A stretch of DNA of 64,000 nucleotides from Bacilli bacterium (GTDB lineage: Bacteria; Bacillota_I; Bacilli_A; RFN20; CAG-826): positions 1,399,004-1,463,003 of the forward strand of contig JAKVOO010000001.1 of the NCBI GenBank assembly GCA_022482735.1, given 5' to 3'. The notes below the pieces were generated by a model that made no database searches, was not told the DNA's origin, and worked only from the letters and a program-made list of their open reading frames with translations. Positions 57,628 through 64,000 of this stretch are shown piece after piece; position 1 is the stretch's first letter, and each line of letters opens with the position of its first letter. A program made the position numbers and the translations under genes.

Positions 57628-58635
57628 ATGAGAATATCATTACTATTTAGTATTTTGTCTATAGTTGGAACAAATTTGCTCGTATTTGAAACCAATCCAG
57701 CTTTAGTTATTAAAAACATTAATATTTTTCCTTTAGACAGGGAAATAAGCAATAATTTAGTTTTTACCGTTGAGCCATTTTTTACTGGATTAGGCGGAAT
57801 AACCGTATGTATTAGTGATTCAAGTCGTGATTTTGAATCAGTATTCGCCCAAGATACGACTTTTGTAAACGGACAAAATAAGACTTTTGTTGCAACAATT
57901 GCAAAACATACAATCGTAGAAAAAACCCGACTGACAATTGCCGTTTGGAAAAATAATGAAATCCGGAAATTCCGCAGTAAAACAATAACCATATTTCCTC
58001 GTGAAAATAAGCATATAAGTATAAATTTTGTAAGGCATTATGTACCCGAAGGAATGGTTTGCAATGTTTCATCGCTAGGTAATGTTCAGTATCAAAATGA
58101 GAACATTTGGTTTACAAATTTTAATGATAAAAAGGAGGAACCTATATATCATCACTTTGATTTTTCGCCTTTTCAAATGATGGTTACAAGTTCTTCACAT
58201 CATAGTGAAGAAATGTGGGCCCAATTAAATATTGAAGACGAAAACAACCTTTTTCCGGCATTTAGTAAGGAAGGAAAAGCTGTATTTCCTATGAAAATTA
58301 GACTTATTAACAATGTTTATATTTTCTCGTTAGTGCCCATCTATTTTAACACTCAAACCTATCAGTTATCGCAAGAGAGAATTCATCAGGGATATGAGGA
58401 AACTGAACTTGTATATTTTCCCAAGAATTCCTTTATGGAAGGAAGTAAACTGAAATTTTCCATCGAAATATATAAAATCGGATTTAATCGAACAACGGCC
58501 TCTTTTAATGGTGAAATAAGATATGCTCATCCTTTAATCGGCGATATGGATCAAGCAATGGCTTATATTTCTACTGGCGCAAGTTCGTATCAAGGGGTAG
58601 TTGGAGCAGAAAGGACGATATACACTCATGCTTAA
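57628..58635 (+). CDS. Hypothetical exported or membrane-anchored protein (N-terminal hydrophobic segment).
   Basis: N-terminus MRISLLFSILSIVGTNLLVF. Coupled to its neighbours (4-nt gap upstream, ATG…TAA overlap downstream). Confidence 0.4.
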   Translation: MRISLLFSILSIVGTNLLVFETNPALVIKNINIFPLDREISNNLVFTVEPFFTGLGGITVCISDSSRDFESVFAQDTTFVNGQNKTFVATIAKHTIVEKTRLTIAVWKNNEIRKFRSKTITIFPRENKHISINFVRHYVPEGMVCNVSSLGNVQYQNENIWFTNFNDKKEEPIYHHFDFSPFQMMVTSSSHHSEEMWAQLNIEDENNLFPAFSKEGKAVFPMKIRLINNVYIFSLVPIYFNTQTYQLSQERIHQGYEETELVYFPKNSFMEGSKLKFSIEIYKIGFNRTTASFNGEIRYAHPLIGDMDQAMAYISTGASSYQGVVGAERTIYTHA

Positions 58636-59014
58636 TATGCTAATTGCTTTTACATTATTAGTAAATTTTGTCGTTATTTATGATTTCTCATACCGGGTTA
58701 ATTACATCAATCGAACATTCTATTTACTTGCCAGTGGGGTTGTGGAAAATGCAATTGATGTCACTAATGAAAATCCCGAATTGCTATATTTTATTCCGTT
58801 GGAGTTAGAAGCCTCAGTGACATCCTACTTAATAAAAGAACTCTATCCCGTTACAAAGGTTTTTTATATATCATTCACTTATCTTAATGAACAACAAAAT
58901 GGGCTTTGCTTTGATCGATGTCGATTAGTAGATATTCATTTACGAGTTCCGTTTTCCAAATTATTTGATTATAAAAAAAAGCTGACATTTAGCATTATTA
59001 ATCAATATGAATGA
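58628..59014 (+). CDS. Small protein with an N-terminal TM helix. Possible pseudopilin-like component.
   Basis: MLNMLIAFTLLVNFVVIY hydrophobic N-terminus. The start overlaps the upstream stop codon. Confidence 0.35.
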   Translation: MLNMLIAFTLLVNFVVIYDFSYRVNYINRTFYLLASGVVENAIDVTNENPELLYFIPLELEASVTSYLIKELYPVTKVFYISFTYLNEQQNGLCFDRCRLVDIHLRVPFSKLFDYKKKLTFSIINQYE

Positions 59015-60056
59015 AAATGAGAAAAAAGTATGTGAGTTTATTTTTTCTTCTCCCTTAAGAACGTTACTAGACGACGAGGATGTTACCGACATTAGTTATA
59101 ATGGGGCTTCTATATTTTTCTTCACCCATAGACATGGGCGTCAAAAAAGTGATATTAAACTTTCTCACGGCGAAGCCAACGATTTTATTCGACAAATAGC
59201 CAATCTAAACAATGTTCTATTTTCGACTGCCAAGCCGATTATGGATACCTCAGTTGCTAATTTAAGAATTAGCGCAATCCACGACAGCCTTGCTCGAAAA
59301 AACGGAGAAAAAGTGACTCATTTTTCAATTCGAAAACACAGCCAAAATATAATCGATTTCCGGCAAAAAGAAGCGGGAAATAGTTTGCTCTTTGACTTAT
59401 TATCCGCTTATGTTCAATGTAAATTATCCATCGCCATCTCGGGTAAGGCTGGTAGTGGAAAGACCGAGATGCAAAAATACATTTTAACCCTCTTGCCGAA
59501 GAATGAACGAGTTGTTCTCATTGATTCAGTTGATGAAATTGAAGAGAGCAATCAATATGATCTAGATCTTTCGATTTGGCGAGTGAGCGATAATGATGAA
59601 CTTAGAACACAAGAATTGATTAGGGCTAGTTTAAGGCAAAATCCCGACTGGATTATTCTGGCTGAAGCGCGGGGCAAAGAAATGAAAGATATTCTATCCT
59701 CAATAAGAAGCGGACACCCGAGTATTTTTACTTGCCACAGCCTTAGAGCTGAATTAACTCCATATCGCATCTTAGAATTAATTGGTAATCCTAACCTAAT
59801 TGACTATTCAAAGGTGCGAATTGATGACATAACCAATCATATCCCGCTTTATGTTCATATGGAAAAGAAAATAACCAGTAAGGGAATTGTTCATCAGGTT
59901 AGTCAAGTGGTGATTTATGAACAGTCAAAACCGCATCTTATATATCAAAAAAAGGAAAAGCCTTTTTACTATCCTTTGCCCTTAGTCTTTGGCCAAATGA
60001 TAGGGGAAATTGATCTTAATTTACTTAAGGCTTGGAAAAATAAACAACATGATTAA
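59007..60056 (+). CDS. Secretion/pilus-assembly ATPase of the CpaF/TadA/VirB11 clade (T2SSE superfamily).
   Basis: Walker A ISGKAGSGKTEM. Asp box VVLIDSVDEIEE. Walker B DWIILAEARGKE. His box SGHPSIFTCHSLRA. Confidence 0.75.
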   Translation: MNENEKKVCEFIFSSPLRTLLDDEDVTDISYNGASIFFFTHRHGRQKSDIKLSHGEANDFIRQIANLNNVLFSTAKPIMDTSVANLRISAIHDSLARKNGEKVTHFSIRKHSQNIIDFRQKEAGNSLLFDLLSAYVQCKLSIAISGKAGSGKTEMQKYILTLLPKNERVVLIDSVDEIEESNQYDLDLSIWRVSDNDELRTQELIRASLRQNPDWIILAEARGKEMKDILSSIRSGHPSIFTCHSLRAELTPYRILELIGNPNLIDYSKVRIDDITNHIPLYVHMEKKITSKGIVHQVSQVVIYEQSKPHLIYQKKEKPFYYPLPLVFGQMIGEIDLNLLKAWKNKQHD

Positions 60057-60744
60057 GAGAATTTATATAGTCGCAATTTTTGCCATTATGTTTGAGATTA
60101 TTGCCGCTCTTATGTTTTGGCCTTTTCCCACTTTCTATTTGGCTTCGGCTTTTATTTTGCTGGGATTAATTGGCATTATTTATGAAAGTAATAGTATTTT
60201 TTCTTTGATAAAAAAACAACGATTGTGTTTCTCATTTATCAGCAATATGGTTGTAGCCATAAATGTTAAGAAGACAATTGAAGATGCCTTTATCTTTTAT
60301 CTTGAGCGAGAAAATAATCATTCGCTTATTAAATCTTTAGTCCATGGCTTATCAGCGCTTGAAGCAATTAGTGCTCTAAACGAGTACTTTTCTTACCCAA
60401 TTTACCAGAATTTTCAAGATATTATTACTATCTATATTAATGAAGGTGGTGACATTTTGACTCTAACAACCTACTTATTAGATGATATCCACCGAGCGAA
60501 GAGTCATCTTCAAAAAGTCATTAAATTATCACTAAGAAAATCTATCGAAGTTTTAATACTATGGATTTTATGTTTTTTGGCTGCGATTATGATGCGTTTT
60601 AGTATTAAAGATATTTATGAAGCAATCATCAGTAATTATTACATTTCTTTAGGCCTAGTTACTTTGTATGGGCTTCTAATAATGACCTTTTATTTTGGCT
60701 GTCGCCTTTTTAAAAGTGAAATCACTATTAAGGAGCAAGTATGA
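60049..60744 (+). CDS. GspF/TadB-like inner-membrane platform protein (half-size).
   Basis: 1 N-terminal and 2 C-terminal TM helices flanking a helical cytoplasmic domain (…LVHGLSALEAISALNEYF…INEGGDILTLTTYL). The ATG at 60049 overlaps the ATPase stop codon. The track's 60010 start is a TTG. Confidence 0.5.
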   Translation: MIKRIYIVAIFAIMFEIIAALMFWPFPTFYLASAFILLGLIGIIYESNSIFSLIKKQRLCFSFISNMVVAINVKKTIEDAFIFYLERENNHSLIKSLVHGLSALEAISALNEYFSYPIYQNFQDIITIYINEGGDILTLTTYLLDDIHRAKSHLQKVIKLSLRKSIEVLILWILCFLAAIMMRFSIKDIYEAIISNYYISLGLVTLYGLLIMTFYFGCRLFKSEITIKEQV

Positions 60745-61379
60745 ATAAAAGAAATCAATCACGAACTAAATTAATAATTACCATCGCAGTCGTTATCCTT
60801 CTTTTTCTCCTTCTTGTTATGGTTATAACTAAAAATCGTCTAATTATGAATATCGCCTTCATGAGCATTATTTTTTTTGTTTTTATGGTGGTTAGTTATC
60901 AGCATCGTTTAAGATCATTAAGAAATAAAGATAGATTGTCAAGCTTAGTTTATTTCTTGAGCAGAGTTCGCCATTTTCTAAATAATGATTCAACAATTTA
61001 TTATGCACTGACCGAAGCAAATAAATTGTCATCGCCGATTATTCAAGAAGATATTAAAGAGTTAATAGATGGAATTAGCCAAGATAAGTCGGTAATGCCA
61101 TTTATAAAATTCGCTCAGGCATTTAATTCTAATCTTATAGAAGAGATTATTATTCAACTATACCAATATGAAAACAACTCAAGTCAGAAAAATACATTTA
61201 ATAATTTCTTTCATCTTTTTTCGCAATTTCAGGAAATAGAAACAAATGAGCGTTTTGAACATTTGGAACAGTCTTACGTGACAGTATCTTTTTTGCCCAT
61301 GCTCGGCGGCGGTTTATTGATTCTTACATTGGCCTTAGGTGTTATGGCGTCGATAGGAGAAATTATTAATGGGTTCTAA
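60741..61379 (+). CDS. Second GspF/TadC-like platform protein (half-size).
   Basis: Same topology. AAGGAG RBS. Overlaps the upstream stop codon. Confidence 0.5.
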   Translation: MNKRNQSRTKLIITIAVVILLFLLLVMVITKNRLIMNIAFMSIIFFVFMVVSYQHRLRSLRNKDRLSSLVYFLSRVRHFLNNDSTIYYALTEANKLSSPIIQEDIKELIDGISQDKSVMPFIKFAQAFNSNLIEEIIIQLYQYENNSSQKNTFNNFFHLFSQFQEIETNERFEHLEQSYVTVSFLPMLGGGLLILTLALGVMASIGEIINGF

Positions 61380-61707
61380 AATTGGCTTTATTCTTTCACT
61401 AGTATTTGTCTTTCAAACATTTCTTTTTGGTGGGGATATTCTTAGCATTCAAATTATTAGAAGCGATTTAGATTCTCTTTCTCAACTCATTGCGCAAAAA
61501 ATTAGCAAAAGTGGAAAATTAGATGATGACATCAAAGCAATAGCATCCAGTAATAAGGCAGAAGTAAAGTGCATAAATAACTGCTTTCCACAGTTTGGCG
61601 ATCAATTAACTTTTACTCTCACTCGCCCTTATTATCCATTAATTATCAGTAGTGAAGAAATGATGGTATCAATCACTAGATCAGTCTTAATTGGCTACTA
61701 TAACTGA
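61369..61707 (+). CDS. TadE-like/pseudopilin-like small protein (N-terminal hydrophobic helix, then an amphipathic region).
   Basis: MGSKIGFILSLVFVFQTFLFGGDILSIQIIRSDL. Overlaps the upstream gene by 11 nt. Confidence 0.35.
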   Translation: MGSKIGFILSLVFVFQTFLFGGDILSIQIIRSDLDSLSQLIAQKISKSGKLDDDIKAIASSNKAEVKCINNCFPQFGDQLTFTLTRPYYPLIISSEEMMVSITRSVLIGYYN

Positions 61708-61722
61708 AGGGAGGTGATTAAT

Positions 61723-61908
61723 ATGGGAGAATTAAAAGGACAGCTTTTAACGATACTGTTGGTATTGATGATATTTGGCATTATGGCCACAGCATTTAAG
61801 GCAATGTTTCAAAGTGCCACAAACGAGATATCCAATCGATTGAGCGAAGAAATAAACGCAGCTAAAAAGCCTGCATTTGGATCCTTTGAAATAATATTTA
61901 TCGATTGA
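61723..61908 (+). CDS. 61-aa pilin-like protein with a short N-terminal leader ending in KG, then a hydrophobic helix.
   Basis: MGELKG|QLLTILLVLMIFGIMATAF. Strong GGGAGGTG RBS. It does not have the canonical E+5. Confidence 0.3.
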   Translation: MGELKGQLLTILLVLMIFGIMATAFKAMFQSATNEISNRLSEEINAAKKPAFGSFEIIFID

Positions 61909-61940
61909 AATAAGGGGTAATTGTTACCCCTTATTCTTGA
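61909..61940 (+). terminator. Terminator-like hairpin ending the operon.
   Basis: aaggggtaa-ttg-ttacccctt perfect 9-bp stem. Weak T tract. Confidence 0.4.
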
Positions 61941-62001
61941 CTTTAATGGATTTATCGGTAATATATGATAATGCATAGCACAAAGAACCGAGGTATATCA
62001 T

Positions 62002-62232
62002 ATGGATGACACGCTTGCTAAAATTGAGAAAGCTTTTGCTAAAACACTTAAGGTTGATGAAGTCAAACCGGAAGCCGAACTTCGTGAATTAGGTCTTGAT
62101 TCGCTCGATTTAGTTGAACTAATGATGGAACTTGAAGAAGAGTTTGGTATTGAATTCAGCAATGATGAAATGATTGAATTTAAGACCGTTTCTGACGTCT
62201 ATAAATCAATCGAGAAGAAATTAAATAAATAA
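62002..62232 (+). CDS. acpP: Acyl carrier protein.
   Basis: LGLDSLDLVELMMELEEEFGIEF phosphopantetheine-site motif (DSL). GAGGT RBS. Confidence 0.85.
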   Translation: MDDTLAKIEKAFAKTLKVDEVKPEAELRELGLDSLDLVELMMELEEEFGIEFSNDEMIEFKTVSDVYKSIEKKLNK

Positions 62233-62300
62233 GTGAAAAATATTGCATAGAGCCAATCTATGTGATATATTTCTACATGCGCCCAAGTGACGCAAAAGGT

Positions 62301-62375
62301 GCCTAGCTAGCTCAACGGTAGAGCAATCGGCTGTTAACCGATCGGTTATAGGTTCGAATCCTACGCTAGGCGCCA
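62301..62375 (+). tRNA. tRNA-Asn (anticodon GTT), ending in CCA.
   Basis: Acceptor gcctagc/gctaggc, anticodon loop cuGUUaa, GTTCGAATCC T-arm. Confidence 0.75.
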
Positions 62376-62382
62376 TTTCTTT

Positions 62383-62459
62383 GGCCCGTTGGAGAAGCGG
62401 CTTAACTCACATGCCTTTCACGCATGCATTCATGGGTTCGAATCCCGTACGGGTCACCA
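62383..62459 (+). tRNA. tRNA-Glu (anticodon TTC), ending in CCA.
   Basis: ggcccgttgg…cctTTCacg…ggttcgaatcccgtacgggtcacca. The scaffold is near-identical to the Bacillus tRNA-Glu. Confidence 0.85.
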
Positions 62460-62707
62460 AAGCGGAAACTGCGACATTCTGTCAAATGGATGTCGTTTTT
62501 TTGTAAAAAAGCAAGTATATATCGATATAAAAAGATGATTTTTTTTGTATATTGATGCCACAGTTTTTACTCAAAAGCGTGGCATCTTGCCCACAATTGC
62601 GATTAACTAATTTGCATTAATAAGGAACTTGTTTGTAGTTGGATCATAGCCACAAAAACTTACGAGCGTTTTTGGTTACATGAAGACATATTAAAAAAAT
62701 AAATGTG

Positions 62708-62872
62708 ATGCAAATAAATGTCGAATGTTTGTTTAGCTTTTTGGTCTTAACTAGCTGTGGAAATTATTGTGAAAATCAAACAAGCAGCTCAAGTAATGAG
62801 CAACCAGCCGTAATGAAAGTTATATCTTTTGATAAAAATTACGTTCAAACAAACATTATCTACATGATTTAA
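62708..62872 (+). CDS. 54-codon ORF encoding a lipoprotein-type signal peptide (…FLVLTSCGN) and little else. Possible gene remnant. Weak call.
   Basis: Read directly. Lipobox LTSCG. Sits in a 680-bp AT-rich non-coding tract. Confidence 0.2.
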   Translation: MQINVECLFSFLVLTSCGNYCENQTSSSSNEQPAVMKVISFDKNYVQTNIIYMI

Positions 62873-63203
62873 ATGGTTTTATTTACTCAAATTTTGATAA
62901 CGCAAGTTGGAATCTTTTATATATTGATGGTAATAATTGTTGCTTTTTCTTTGAATAGAAACATATCTTCATTAATTGAAAAAAATCTCTAGGAGAATTG
63001 GCAGTCGGTGGCTTTTTTAATGTACTTCATAATTTTAATTAAGAATCAATAATGATAAGTTTATTATGTTTGACTTCGTCATAGGAATGTTTGAGCAGTA
63101 GGAACTAATCAGGAATGCTTTGTAACTCAAATTTTATTTATAAAACATTACATTGACGAACATCAATATATGGTTTATAAATAGTATGACAAGGAGATTA
63201 ACT

Positions 63204-63512
63204 ATGAGCAATGAGGAATTTCTAAAAATAACAAAAGCCTTAGGCGACAGCACTAGACTTAAAATACTTCAAATTATTTCTCGTCGTAATTCAATATGTG
63301 CATGCAATATATTAGAAGAATTACATATTACACAGGGTACTTTATCGCATCATATGAAAGTTTTAGCTGATCTGAAGTTAGTTGAAGTAGAAAGAGATGG
63401 TCGCTGGTGCCATTATACTTTAAAACGCGAAAACATATGTGCAGTAGTTGCTTTTATCAAAGACATTTGTCTTGAGAAGAAAGATGATATTAAGGCCTGT
63501 TCTTGCAAGTGA
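63204..63512 (+). CDS. arsR: ArsR/SmtB-family metalloregulator (arsenical-type).
   Basis: Winged HTH LKILQIISRRNSICACNILEEL…GTLSHHMKVLADLKLV with the metal-site Cys pair (CAC). AAGGAG RBS at 63204. Confidence 0.7.
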   Translation: MSNEEFLKITKALGDSTRLKILQIISRRNSICACNILEELHITQGTLSHHMKVLADLKLVEVERDGRWCHYTLKRENICAVVAFIKDICLEKKDDIKACSCK

Positions 63513-63566
63513 TTTTTTTATCTAAAATATTGATGAATATCAATATATTATTAATTGGAAGTTTCT

Positions 63567-64000
63567 ATGGTTTTAAAAAAGAAAATAAATAAATGGCTAT
63601 TGCTAGGGTTATTAATTGTTTTAATTGCTATTATCATCAACTTACTAGTCGGTTTTTTAATTGATTGGAATATTGCAAAAGCGCCCTGGTCTTTTATCAG
63701 CAATCAAATTTTAGGAATGAAGTGGCTGAGCGATTTAATTTGGAAGTTAATTCTTTTTTGGGGCGGCAGTTATGATTCTATAAGTTGGCAATATCAAGTT
63801 GAATCATCAATTCATTTCTTTGTTTTTGACTTTATTAAGATTGGAATTCTTTTATGTGTTTTGATATTTATTATATCTTACATTCAATCCTACTATCCTC
63901 CGGAGAGAACAAAAAAAATATTAGGAAAGTATCATGGAATTGGCGCAAATATTATCGGGGCGTTACTTGGTACAGTAACTCCTTTCTGTAGCTGTTCCTC
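63567..64000 (+). CDS. arsP: ArsP-type putative arsenical permease, 5' portion only. The gene runs off the window end.
   Basis: TM helices and the diagnostic TPFCSCS motif at the very end of the window. It directly follows arsR. Confidence 0.55.
   Translation, partial: MVLKKKINKWLLLGLLIVLIAIIINLLVGFLIDWNIAKAPWSFISNQILGMKWLSDLIWKLILFWGGSYDSISWQYQVESSIHFFVFDFIKIGILLCVLIFIISYIQSYYPPERTKKILGKYHGIGANIIGALLGTVTPFCSCS

Noticed and set aside
62555-62590. Hairpin gatgccac…gtggcatc considered as a terminator.
   Set aside because: No T-run follows on either strand. It is kept only as an unexplained structure within the non-coding tract.
1-64000. Possibility of genetic code 4 (UGA read as Trp, as in Mycoplasma/Spiroplasma), given the Mollicutes-like features.
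   Set aside because: Long conserved genes such as pulA, nrdD and glmM are open only under the standard code. They use TGG for conserved Trp residues and several end in TGA.

Overview
This is a low-GC bacterial chromosome segment (roughly 35-38% GC by eye) that uses the standard genetic code: TGA ends many long ORFs and TGG encodes Trp, so it is not a code-4 Mycoplasma. The window is rich in lipoproteins, and a large surface pullulanase is anchored by a C-terminal transmembrane helix plus KKKK tail rather than an LPXTG motif. This suggests a sortase-less Firmicutes/Mycoplasmatota-like organism (Acholeplasma- or Erysipelotrichia-like); that taxonomic placement is an inference.

Gene content, in order:
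- Polyamine genes: agmatinase plus a tandem-duplicated AdoMetDC-like protein.
- cls, galK, an acyl-ACP thioesterase, a ZIP transporter and ldh, with nine tRNA genes scattered through the window.
- A tightly coupled cdaA-glmM-NUDIX-GH13-regulator operon.
- A maltodextrin/pullulan utilisation locus of about 19 kb: a malK/E/F/G-like ABC transporter, a GH13 amylase lipoprotein, malQ, two pullulanases and a non-catalytic multi-module starch-binding lipoprotein.
- deoD, gltX, corA, nrdDG, an IS30-family insertion, tandem CNNM transporters, a MATE transporter and an SDR.
- An operon of about 4.6 kb encoding a CpaF/VirB11-type secretion ATPase, two half-size GspF-like platform proteins and TadE-like/pilin-like small proteins. 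I read this as a candidate Tad/Com-like type IV filament system.
- acpP, tRNA-Asn/Glu and a partial arsR-arsP pair.

Five genes (malK-like, malE-like, malG-like, the second pullulanase and the essential gltX) carry single-base frameshifts, mostly in homopolymer runs. Sequencing or assembly indel error is at least as likely as true pseudogenisation. A 215-bp tandem duplication and a low-GC twin-methyltransferase islet sit next to tRNA-Gly(CCC). No CRISPR array or rRNA gene was seen.
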